DNA of 64,000 nucleotides. Origin: Amoebophrya sp. A120. Lineage: Eukaryota; Protista; Dinoflagellata. The stretch lies in contig CAJINV010000001.1 of NCBI GenBank assembly GCA_905178155.1, positions 13,266,635 to 13,330,634 of the forward strand, read 5' to 3'. Below, piece by piece: positions 38,959 through 49,904 of the stretch. Position numbers and translations under genes: made by a program. Below the pieces are notes generated by a model. That model did no database searches. It had not been told where the DNA came from and saw only the letters and a list, made by a program, of their open reading frames with translations. The stretch's first letter is position 1. Every line of letters starts with the position of its first letter.

Positions 38959-41716
38959 TCACACCAGTTCGTTGAGGTTGGCAAGATGAATCTTCTCAGG
39001 CGACCACTCCCTATGAGAGTGCACTACTCCCACTTCCCCTCGTTTGTGTTTCACGAACAGCAATACAAGCGTCGCCAAGACTGCAGGTTTTGCAAGACAA
39101 ATACACCCGGGATTGCAGTGCTGTTTGAGCTTCCGGAACTTGTCATGCGAAAAGTGCCAAGAGGCAAAGGATGGATTTGGTATTTTGCATGACAAATGAT
39201 GGGGAGGGGGAGTTGTGCACTCTCATACTCCCAAGTGGCGTCCGTGAAGCTGGCGGACATAACTTTCCTGGCGTAGGCCCGCACAAAGTCCATGATCACA
39301 ACCAACTGCAAAATTTGTGCGGCCATGATAGAATAGCTATGCATTGCAAACATGTCTGGGTCGTCTGGAAGACCAATGCAAGATTTTCCATGAATGTCTG
39401 ACATGAGTGACTCTGAACTCTGTGATGGTTAGAGGGAAACAGAAGATCCTCCTGTCTGTGGTGCAAAAGTGCAGCACTCCAGGTCGTGGAATACGCAAGC
39501 GCAACACAACACATAGGAGCTCAAAAACATGTCACGCTTGCATCAGTGAAGACCCCATCATTGATCGTCTTCCTCATGGTCATCGTTCACAGACTCGCAG
39601 CAAAATTGGAATTTTCCACACCCAGACGTTGGCATTTCATAATAGCCGGTCCAATTGATATCAGGGATGAACCACCACCTGGGCCTGTGGTCGTCTTCGG
39701 GATAAAACTCCTCGGTGGCGAAGCACCTGGTGGTGTGATGAAATGATCGATTCGACTGCTCGCAACTGCAACTTCTAACACCATATTGAATATGGGATCA
39801 ATATTAAACCCCGTATAACCGCTGTAAGGAAGCAAACTTCCGCAACCGCAACCCGAAAACAAGTTTTTGGAAATCAAAGAACCGCCGTTTGAAAAACTTT
39901 CTATGGTAAGAACATATGTACCAGAAAATGAATCCACAGCATCTGCCCACGGTCCAGAAGAGCATGGCGTGTGCCGCCATGGCTTTGATCTTGCCAACCT
40001 TGTATCCCAGAGAAAAAAGCTGGCAGGGCATATTGATATTTGTGATGCAAAAATAAACACACAGAAAAATTTGTCGTGGGTGGCCCCATAGCATGCTGTT
40101 TCGGATATGCAATGCAGATTTTTTTGTGTGTTTATTTTTGCATTACAAATATGCCCTGCCAGCTTTTTTCTGTGTGGTACCTTGTTCATGAGGTACAGCT
40201 GTGGAATGACGCAGAGGCTCTCGCACCACATCCCGATAGCCCACAGGGCGTCAAACCTCCAATCCTGGTTCATGTCCCCTCTGAACGTGTAGCCCGCCCA
40301 GCAGGCAAACAGGAAAAAGGGGAGGAAGGGGCGATCATCGATTCTTCGGGGCGTGCAGGTGTGCGCGTAGCCGCCAACGTGGGGTAGGATTTCCCGCTTC
40401 GCCAGGACGCAGTCTCGCTGCAATCTCGCCAGGGCTTTGGTCACGCTCTTTTGGTTCAGAAACTGCACCGCCTCTCGCTGCAACTGGACCTCCATCGCGC
40501 GCGTCGAGGGAGCCCGTTGGAGGCCGGTGAGTTTGGCGGTTGCGTCCGCGGACACTTTCAATGAGGCTTGCTTTCCGACCAAAAGCAATCCGCGGATCCG
40601 CCTTTCCAAATCCTCGAGCTGCGCGTTCTGTGCCTTCCAGGCGTTCCGGCTCCGCTCTTCGGCAGACAGCCTGGACTTTTTCATCTCCCTCCGCACCGAC
40701 TCGGATTTTTCCGCGTCTTGCTTGAAACTGGTAAACATCAGCCAGCAGATCCCCAGGCAGAAAGAGCACGTGCAAGCTTCGATCGCCGAATAAAAGCTCA
40801 ATCCGGTGCCGTCAATGGGCATATACCCGACGAACAGACACGCAGAAATGAGGCGGGACATGCTCGAAAAAGTCTGCAGTAGAATAAAGGAACGCGAGAA
40901 ACCTGGTTTTGTTTGTTATTTAGTTTTTGTTTCATGTTTATGGTCATGTCTTCATGCGTTTAGTTTTTGTTCCGTGTTAATGGTCTTCATGCGTTTTTGT
41001 CAATCGCACGGGTTGAGAAGTACTAGTACCGGGAGTATACTTGCGTCGAGAGCGACTTCAATTTCAAACACGACGAAGTGACTTGCACATCGCGGATCAA
41101 TGGGCGCCAAGTCGAGCGACGATCCAAAACCAAAATTGTGTCTGAAAAATGCATTCAGGTCGGAGTATAATCGTTCGCTCACACAAAAACTCAAGGTACC
41201 TGCTGCGTTTCCGGTGGAAAGAATGTTGAGCATGATCCCCAGCATGGCAGCGGATTGCATTTTTCGTTCGATTGAGAGCAGTACGCTGAGCTGAAAAAGT
41301 TCCCTGTCCGCTGTGTACAGGAAAAAGGTCAGACCGCAAAACACGAAGGAGTAGAGAGCCCAGACGTAGAAGCGCGCGGCGGCTGTGGTTGACGCCTTGT
41401 CTCGCTCGCCAGGCTGCACAGGTGCAGCATACCCGAACGCTTCCTTGATGCTGCTCCAACAGCTAGCGGGGGACGGAAAAAAGGTTTGTTCCACAACCGG
41501 CCGCTCGGCCCAAACCAAAAGCTTCAACTCCTCGACCCTCTCCTTGGTCAGGTACCGCTCGAGAATGTTGTCGGTCTTTTTCTGAGACGATGTCGTGGAC
41601 GAATTTCTCGAGCGAAAGAAGTCTTCGTCTTGGATCGTTCCAAAACCGTAGTCATCACGAACGTCAAGGGGCCGCCCCTCGAAACAGGCGATGTCGTTGT
41701 AGTTGTAGGCAGGCAT
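38959..41716 (-). CDS. ER lumen protein-retaining (KDEL/ERD2) receptor-like protein; 6 exons, three introners
   Basis: Spliced sequence: NAAGFSRSFILLQ..SRLISACLFVGYMPIDGTG..DALWAIGMWCESLCVIPQLYLMNKVGKIKAMAAHAMLFWTVGRCCGFIFWCFATEEF..DINWTGYSIMAAQILQLVVIMDFVRAY..WEWSPEKIHLANLNELV*. GT-AG introns 40903-41199 and 39727-39921. Confidence 0.8.
39012..39227. mobile_element. Introner-like TIR element, family C (216 bp), TSD CTCCC
   Basis: TATGAGAGTGCACTACTCCCACTTCCCC...GGGGAGGGGGAGTTGTGCACTCTCATA. CTCCC at 39007-39011 and 39228-39232. Confidence 0.9.
39338..39641. mobile_element. Introner-like TIR element, degenerate family A (304 bp), TSD ATAGC
   Basis: TATGCATTGCAAACATGTCTGGGTC(GTC)TGGAA...TTCCACACCCAGACGTTGGCATTTCATA. 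ATAGC at 39333-39337 and 39642-39646. Confidence 0.88.
40003..40179. mobile_element. Introner-like foldback element, family D (177 bp), TSD CCTTG
   Basis: ~65-70-bp inverted arms (AGAAAAAAGCTGGCAGGGCATATT..TTTGTGATGCAAAAATAAACACACA). CCTTG at 39998-40002 and 40180-40184. Right terminus is GTA. Confidence 0.9.
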
Positions 41717-42270
41717 GATCTTCTCCAATGCTGAAAGACTTACTCTTCCTTCAGCGAATGCTTGTTGTGTTCTAAATAACGACCTGGTCGTGGCACCTTG
41801 CCTTAAGCTTCAGACCCACTTCTCCTGTGCGTGGTCCCTATCTTGTTTATCCTGATCTTGATTTTTTCTAACACCAATGCGTCGAAAGAGAAGAACAGGA
41901 TGGCGAAGAAGATGCGATGCTAAGACAGAGCTCATGCCGCTTCGCCATCAATACGAATATTGCAGTATATTTTCCTCTCTCAAAAGCGCACACGGGGTAT
42001 GGAAAAATTACGATTGATCCACCATGATTAAAACGAGGTCAATCTGCGACGAGCGATCGAACGAAATACCTCCGAGCCGAAAACAAAAAACTGAACTCAC
42101 CGTAATGGAAGCTGTTTTTCCCTTTAGTCTCTCATGTTGTCACTGACTTTTTCTGTTCTTAAGCTGAAATCGATCCGACATACTGGTCACGCGACGGCAG
42201 CGAAACAGGCTGTGTTCTTGCCTTCAGGGCCTATTGAAAACATCACTATTTTGAAGATGCAGAACCACCT

Positions 42271-43710
42271 TCACTCCTCTGGCGGTTCCACGTACCACCA
42301 GTAAACCCCAGCGCCCGTAACGTGAACTTCATTCGCGGTGCGAAAATCGCACACGGCTTCGACTACCTGCTTCCCAAGAATACCCGCGCCCGCCATAATG
42401 CCGCCGTATTTCACCTTGGAGCTCCACAGCTGGTACAGTGACGCAAGCCGGTCAGAAACGAAATCTCCGCGAATTTGCACGTTCGCGTTGGGATGAGACG
42501 GGTCCCGTGCCGCGTTTGGGTTGTAGTTTGTTTCGATGTCCCGCGTCTTCGTGCTATTTGTTCCCGCAGACGTCCATAAATTCGCGCTGACGTCCTCCTC
42601 CCCCACCAAATCGCTCACGAACAGGAGGTCCACCGACTGATCAGGCAGTTGTGACAACAGCGCCTCCTCGTGCTGCCCGCGAAGGAAGTAGAGGTCAGGT
42701 TTTTGCTGCTGCAGCGGTTGCAGCCGCGCTGCGGTCTGCTGGTACAGCTGCTCCAGGTAAATGTTCTTTTGCTGCAACTGCTCTGCCGTGGTACTACCTG
42801 CGTCCGGACCGGGTTCGGACTGGAAGTACGTATCCACACCAATGTACTGTAATCTGGACTGCAACGAGTAGGGATCGCCGGCTCCAGCCGCATCCTTTGG
42901 TGGAGAAAGGAGATTTACCGGAACGTCCCCGTTGCCAACGCCGATTTGGACCAGTGAAGGCCGTGCTGTACCGAACTTCACTTGCTTTTCCAGCAGAAAC
43001 CGCACTGCGGCTGGCACGTCGGCGGCGAGAAAGTCATGGAAAACAAACACCGGGGTCTGCAGCCCCTCGACAATCCGGATGCCGCGGATGTGGCGGTGAT
43101 ATATCAGTTCTTGCTCGTGTAAGCGCACCCGGTCCCCGACCTTCTTCGCAGCATAGAGCAGCCCGGAAAAAACGTCCTCAGCGCTCGGTGGTCCTGCGTC
43201 TTGCGTCCCTTGACCCGGAGGTGCTACACGCGGCGTGGACGTGGCTTCCAGCGCCTCCTGCAACAGCCCACTCAGCTTCCGCGAGTGGCGAATCCCGCTG
43301 CTGCGGACCCCACTTTCGATCTGGTCAAAGCCCTCGTTGGCGAACAATTGTGTTTGTTTTGCGTCGAATTCCGCGAAGGCTTGTTGAATCTGCTGCTGCG
43401 GCGTTTGCAGCCCGGCCTGCATCACTTGCATCGCGAGCGTAAGAAACAAGGCAGCCACAGTTTGCATGTTTTGCATGCACGCAACAATGAGCGGGCTAGC
43501 TTCCTCACCATGGTCCTGGACGACGTTCGCACCCGCCACGTACTCGAACAGTTGGAAGATGGGCTCCGGAACCGCTTCCTTCGCCGCCTGCTGCAGACAG
43601 GACTGCAACGGCTCCAGCCCGGGCTGCAAGCAAACCTCAGGCAAGGTCGTGCCAGAAACAGTGCGCATTGCCAGGAGCAGCGGCACGACAAAAATCTTTA
43701 GTAGCTTCAT
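42271..43710 (-). CDS. Secreted/luminal class I SAM-dependent methyltransferase-like protein (Methyltransf_24-like)
   Basis: Signal peptide MKLLKIFVVPLLLAMRTVSG. Motifs LVQIGVGNG, YIGVDTY, DQSVDLLFV, WSSKVKYGGIMAG. Confidence 0.7.
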   Translation of the reverse strand: MKLLKIFVVPLLLAMRTVSGTTLPEVCLQPGLEPLQSCLQQAAKEAVPEPIFQLFEYVAGANVVQDHGEEASPLIVACMQNMQTVAALFLTLAMQVMQAGLQTPQQQIQQAFAEFDAKQTQLFANEGFDQIESGVRSSGIRHSRKLSGLLQEALEATSTPRVAPPGQGTQDAGPPSAEDVFSGLLYAAKKVGDRVRLHEQELIYHRHIRGIRIVEGLQTPVFVFHDFLAADVPAAVRFLLEKQVKFGTARPSLVQIGVGNGDVPVNLLSPPKDAAGAGDPYSLQSRLQYIGVDTYFQSEPGPDAGSTTAEQLQQKNIYLEQLYQQTAARLQPLQQQKPDLYFLRGQHEEALLSQLPDQSVDLLFVSDLVGEEDVSANLWTSAGTNSTKTRDIETNYNPNAARDPSHPNANVQIRGDFVSDRLASLYQLWSSKVKYGGIMAGAGILGKQVVEAVCDFRTANEVHVTGAGVYWWYVEPPEE

Positions 43711-44328
43711 CTTTTTTATTCAGACAGAAAAACGGTTGATGTTTAATGTTTGTGCACTCACATTTTTCTTTATGCGAAAACAGGTTGATAGAAATATCAC
43801 GACACGGATATGAACTTCCAAAAAAAAAACACGAAAGCAAACCGTCGTCAACATCGATCATGTAAAAGTGGAAGATCATGCGCAAATACAGTGAATTCAA
43901 AATTCAAATTCAAATTGTTTTCACTTCACTTCGAGGGGTGGTGGTTGGCGGTGGCCTCTTCGCATGTGGCTCACTAGACCGGGGCAGGGAACGACGCAAC
44001 GCTATGCACCACGGGCACGCGACTACCAAATGCCAGTGTGGACGCCAATCCGGGCTAACGTTCTCAATCCCGAGGGGAGTCACGGTAAGAAAATTCTCGC
44101 TAGGGTCTCAGGGGCACATTCTGGATGACGTTTCACTCGCCCAGACCGAAGCTATTTCTAACTACGAGCCTTCTCTGATCTCATCTCGCAGCAAACCTCA
44201 CATCAACATCACTGCCACCCAGCGGGGATCCGCCGCTTCGTCTAGCCGTCGACAGCAGGCCCAAGGCCAGTCTGCTAGACGCGCGCTATCTTCCCGGTCC
44301 CACTGGGGCAGTTACGTGCTCCCGCTAC

Positions 44329-44646
44329 TTACGCAGACGCGAGCTGGCGCCGCTCCCGCAGCGCCCGGATGCGTTCGACGTCGGCCGAAGGGTTCGCAAT
44401 GAGCTCCGCCCGTGCCTCTACCGCCGCCTCGATCGCCTCCTCCGCCGTTGCGTAGAGCTCCGGGTGGATCGTGCGGGAGAGCGGGTAGGGCTCCTCCTCC
44501 CCCGGGACCTTAACCCTCGCACGCGCAACGAGCTTGCCCCGGGGCGCGTCGTACGTGACCCCGACCGGCAGGGCCTTGCTTGCCCCCTGGAACTCCAGCG
44601 CTTGCTTGACCCTTGGCGGATCCTCGGTGTGCTTTTTGCGCTCATC
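44329..44646 (-). other. Orphan AP2 DNA-binding domain-like reading frame without ATG (TE fragment or terminal exon)
   Basis: Frame absent from the ORF track: DERKKHTEDPPRVKQALEFQGASKALPVGVTYDAPRGKLVARARVKVPGEEEPYPLSRTIHPELYATAEEAIEAAVEARAELIANPSADVERIRALRERRQLASA*. Matches the AP2 pattern GVxxD..W/LVA..(sheet)..EEA..AA..AR. Confidence 0.6.
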
Positions 44647-45428
44647 TAAGTGAAAAAACGCATACCATCCCTGTCAAGGTTGTTCTAAGTGAAAAAGTGC
44701 ATGGTTGTTCTTTATTTATATTATAATTCTTTTCTGCACTAATTATGTTGGTTCATGCGTATAGGCCTAACCGTTTCCTCTATGGGTGTCTCTGTTACGC
44801 TACGGGTTCTGCTTTCACTCTAACTACGCTACCCTCATACCTTACCCTAACGCAACAGGAAACTGCGAAACCATCACTGTATCACTCAACGGCAGACCGA
44901 CTCCCCACAGTGAGTGGGGGCTCGCTCTGCCGATATGCTATGAAACTTAGTTGTATGCTATTTTCTATCTGGACGCTAGTTGAAACATGAAACTACAAAA
45001 CTACGAAACTAAGGTCTCTGCTGTAATTCGGGGCGAAAATTACTTGTTGAGTGGTACCTGGGATCTTCTGATCAAATGCCAGGAGCACGCCTTGCTTTCC
45101 ATAAGTAGTACCGCCTGAGAGAAAGAAAGGGAGTACAAGGAAGGAATTCTGAGAATCACGACTCAATGCGTTTGTTTTCGGTGCGTGTGCGCGCATCGTC
45201 ATTATACAAAAGTAGTTCTGTTCTCTGGAAAGGAGAAGTCTTCATCCAGGCTGCTGAAGATTAATCGGTGCGCTACTTAACTAGTACCGGAGCTACTATG
45301 ACGCCCATCTAATTGAGTTGCTCTTGTAAAAACATATTCTGCAGAACAAACAAACACCCTCGTGGAGACAACCACTTCTAGTCAAAAACTCAAAACTCGC
45401 AATTGCGTTCCCGTCTCGTCTTCTACTT

Positions 45429-48400
45429 TCACGCTGCCTCGGCTACCTTCGCTGCCTCCGTCCTCGTATCGGGAGCCGAATTCTGTGTTACCACGATCAT
45501 GGGCTGCTGCACTGGTTGCATCGCTGTTCCTGCCGGCTGAGCGGCCTGTGGCATGACCACCACTCCGCCCTGCTGTTGCATCATCTGCATTTGCTGGAAC
45601 TGCTGAAACTGCTCCATTGTCATCATCACTGGCTGCGCTGCCCCTGCCCCTGCTACGGCTTGCCCCTGCTGCTGTACCACGACTCCTGGTTGTGCTTGTG
45701 CCACCATTGGCTGCTGCATCTGTATCATCCCTCCTGTCTGCACTGGCATCATATTACTTGCCTGCTGCACCTGCACCATCGGCTGCTGCGTAGTTGTCAT
45801 CATCACAACCCCAGCACCCGTCGCACCTCCCTGAACCACCGCTGGCGTCCCGACCATTGCCACCGTGGTCGCCGGCGACTGTGGGTCTATTTTTTGGCCC
45901 ACCGGCGTCGGTGTCCCAGGACAGCAGGAGCAGCAAGAACAGCACCCTCCTCGTGCCTCTTCTTCTCTACGTATCTCGTCCACTATCCTGTCATACCAGG
46001 GCAGGGTGTCAGATTTCGTGTACGCGGTGACGTCTATGAGTTCGCGACAGATGAAGAAGTAGCAATACACCGCTTGAATCTTGGTCCAGCCGAAAGCGGC
46101 CATCGCTGCGACTAAGAAGCTTGCGATCCCCATGACAACGTCGCCATGGTGCTGGAGGCGCTGATCTTTGGATGCGAACATGCGGAGGTCGTTGGCGCGG
46201 TCCACTTGGGTCCAGAGAACGACCTGATTGTTGCAAATGCGGCCGGTCACGGTTTATTCCGATGAATGAATTTGATGCACGACACGCATGCTGGTGTAGA
46301 TAGCATGTAGATCGTTAGGAATTTGTGCGTGTGCCACGCTCACGTTCAAAAAACATCGAGGCAAAACGCAGAAAATCAAAAGAATCAATTACGAAGAACG
46401 CGATCCCCGCACTCAGCAATTTCGTCTTCGGTCCCACCGCCCTGTTGTAAACCGTGTCCGTTCTGCTGAGATAGCCAAACAGCAGCAAGCGCACGAATTT
46501 CTGTGCCGCATTGGCGAAACCGGCGTTCGAAGCCTCCTTGAAGTAATCTCGTGCTTCTGCGTAGAGGGACACCTCGATGTTGAAGGCTTTGAGAATGAAA
46601 TCATACATCGCAGCGAACCACGCTGAAAGCGACGCCGTGTGTCCCCCGTAATAGATCCACACGAAGAACATGGCGAGCTCGATATTGCGCAACGTCCGGA
46701 TTTGTTTTTTGTAAGAGCGGGTGATTTTTTCCCTTGTGGGGGGCTTTTTCATCCACTTGAAGAGGAGCGCGAGAACGAGGACGTAGTAGATGAAGACCTG
46801 TTGAAGTCGATTCTAGCTTAGGGAAGGTGAGAATACGGCAACATAGTTCGACCTCAGCTTCATTTTCATTCCCACCCTTGCTTGCTGCCCGATAGATGCC
46901 CAGTGCGATGTGTGTTTACAAAAGAATTGACATTCAAATACCCCTGTCACGTAGAACCCCTCGTTGACCGTCTCACACGTGTCGTACGCATACGGACCGC
47001 ACTTTTCTTCGACCCACTCGACGCGCACGCAATTCCACGAATGATCATCGATGCGACACATTTTCTTTTTTTGGAAAGCTCCCTGCATCGCACACGGGCC
47101 GTATCCCATGACACAACTCCCAAGTTCGCATTCGTTGAGACAGGTGTACCTGGTGGAGGTGGTTATTTATTCGCACGACGATGCGCGGAGCTACTGCAAG
47201 TTGGTGTCGTGACTGTGAAGTTTGGAAGTCGACGGACAAGAATGAGCAGACAAAAAAAATTGAATGAATTAGTTGTAAAGAAGCGCGCTTTAGGGCGTTG
47301 GCAGTAGCTGTGCCAACAAGGCAAGCTGGCTACTTACAACAGCACTAAAAATTTTCCAACTTACCCTGACCCCGTTGGTTCGTTGCGCCCAAATTCTCCG
47401 ACCTTAATGACCCCCGCGATTTCGCTTTGTGGCCCGGGCTCCAATGTCGCGGAATCTGTTAAGGCGAGGGTGACGAACAAGCAGACTAGCGGGCCCACGA
47501 TAAACCCGATCAAGCTGGCACAAAACCGATGCATCCCCTGTGTGTCGGAACTCACGGCGGCTTCGCAAATTTTCTGCTCTTCTGCGTTTTCGACCGGGGC
47601 GAACAGCGTTTTCATGCGGAGAAAGAAGAAGGTTCCGCAGACGAAGAAAATCTGATTGTGTGGAAAAAGTTTGTTCGGAACTGGGCAGCTACGTTCCTAG
47701 CTGAAAGTACTGATCCTGGCCGGTTGAACCCTCCATCTCCATCTTCATCAACGCCAGGGATCAATGTAGTCAAGAAAGCACAAGCATTTTACGAAATAAA
47801 TGACTTACGATCACAAGCGCCGGAAACACAGTCGCCAGAAACACCATCGTTTTCCCGTCCTTGTCATCCTGCCACTCTTGCTTCTGCTTGTTGTTCGCCT
47901 GCCGCCGTTCGTCTTCTATTGCATCCTTCAAGCATCGATTGTTTCCCTCGACGACTTTTTTGATGTTCCCGCTGTGCGGGCACGCCGCTCGTCGTGCCGC
48001 CCAATACTCGGGCGATCCAGGTACTGGTCCCGCAGGGGGTGTTGCGGGTGCTGGTGCGGGTGCGGGTGCTGGTGCGGGCGCCGGAGCAGGAGGGACGGGA
48101 GCGGGCGCCGGCTGGGATGGAGCGGGCGCCGGCTGGGATGGAGCGGGCGCCGGAGCTGGAGTAGGCGCCGTTCCCGTTGCGGGCGCCGGCGCCGGGGGGG
48201 AAGGAGAAGGTGTCGGTGCAGGAGGTGCAGGGGAGCCACTCGTGTTCTCATAGAGCAGTAAATCCGCCAACGTGACGTATTTTGATCCATCTTGCCGGCC
48301 TTTGACGTCTTGTATCAGGAGCTGGTAGATGTTGAAATCCGATGCTACGGTGGCGGGAATGTCGTGTTCCCACATGTAGCCCGGACCCATCCAATTCACG

Positions 48401-48892
48401 TTCGCTTGGTGGTCGAGATCCGTCCAGGTTACGCCATCGTTCGATCCCTTCAACGTCCACATCGTCGGGGAATCCTTCTCCGCCGTATAAACCCGCACGG
48501 TGTAGCGATCGACTCTTTTCTTCGCGCCATTCGCAAATTGGAACTGTATCCACTGGTACGGCCCGGTATTCGTGTGCCAAAACCAGGTAGCAATAACGCC
48601 ATACGCCGTAGCGCCGTAGTAATTAATCGCGTTACTTTGGGGCATCAAGGCTGAATTGATTGTTGAAAACATATGTTTCTTCGTACGGACTTTTCATCTC
48701 CGAAGCGGATACTGTCCCGTCAGTGTTGGGGGCGGTCGAGACCAAATCGAACCCGGTTGGTGTCGTGGGAGTGCCAGCGTAGCCGCCCGTTCGGGCAACG
48801 GCTGGTTGGGGAGCGACTGTGGTTCCGCCATGGACGAGGATGATATTGGTCAGGAGCTGCAGGAGGGACAGTGGCTGAAGAAAATTCTTCAT
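45429..48892 (-). CDS. Signal peptide + F5/8-type C (discoidin)-like domain + Pro/Ala stalk + multiple TMs + Gln/Met-rich tail; 6 exons
   Basis: YQWIQFQFANG..VDRYTVR..PTMWTLKGSNDGVTWTDLD. Five phase-compatible GT-AG introns, including 48651-48690 and 47652-47808, link ORFs 48632.., 47770.., 47361.., 46813.., 46315.. and 45429.. Confidence 0.65.
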
Positions 48893-49904
48893 GGCCGGTT
48901 TGTTCGGCGTCCTGTTTCCGACGGAGCTACCGAAGGAGAGGAAGGTGAACGGCGCGCTGCTCATCTTCGTTTGCTCGCCATCAGAGTAAGCGATGCGAAT
49001 CTATTTACATAGATACAGCTCCACTGATTACTGCCCGCGGGTATGATGGGGAAGCGCAAGGCCCCTCCTGATGCTGGGGAGACCTACTTATTCCTCTGAA
49101 TCAACACAAATTGATGTCGAAAAAAAAAATCATGCGCAATAGATAGCATTGCGTGTGCGCTTCTTACGGTGAGCGGAAACGGAAAGGCCTTCCGCCAAAA
49201 ATAAAAGTAGAACGCAAGGAGTAGGAGAACACGACTCATACTGGTGAAATGCGCGAACGAGCCTGCTGGGAAGCGTGTTCTAGGATTCTTCTTCAATATT
49301 CCGTTCTGCACAGGTCGGTTCATCTTGATCATATGCCAAATCGGAGCAAGAAACAAAAAAGGTACAGTTTTGTCGGGTGGTCGCGGTGGTGTGTGAGTGA
49401 TGGATGGGCGCGAGTTGGGGTATGGATATCGGGGCATTAAATTCACATGTCGCGGAAACTCTAGAAACGCCGTTTTCAAGGATTTTCTCTTCTCTTTTTC
49501 TTCTGCACCAGAAACGTTGTGCAGTAAAACCGCTTCATGTTCCGTCAAACAAGGCCAACAACGCTTGCAGTGGTCTTGGTAGGACAAACGCAGGAGCAAT
49601 CGTAATCTTCCGGGTTGCGGTAGGTTTCGGAAATCAAAATCATTATCATTATCATATACGAGATTACCGCTGAAGAAATGACTTTCACTAGGTCTCATTT
49701 GGTGTGTTTCAACGTTCCTCGGCGTCGACACTGATGTTGTCATATTGTAAAGAACAGTATCGACGCAAGAATAGCGATTGTGGAGCGAATAGACTATCCA
49801 CCTTCTGTTCATCTTGTCGCAGGAGTCGCAGCTCCGACCATCATTATTTGTTACACGAAATTGACGACGCCACGGCGGCCTTCGTCTCGCAGCTCCCATC
49901 CCTG

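Noticed and set aside
40919-40998. Short direct repeats (TTTAGTTTTTGTT and GTCTTCATGCGTTT, each twice) in the ERD2-like intron
   Set aside because: Local slippage duplications in an ordinary GT-AG intron; no TIR or TSD.
48632-48700. Apparent +1 frameshift at CCA-AAG-TAA in the discoidin gene, suggesting stop-directed programmed frameshifting
   Set aside because: A 40-nt GT-AG intron (48651-48690) resolves the frame (SEMKTLMPQSNAINYY) and is similar in size to the 35-nt RPA12 intron.
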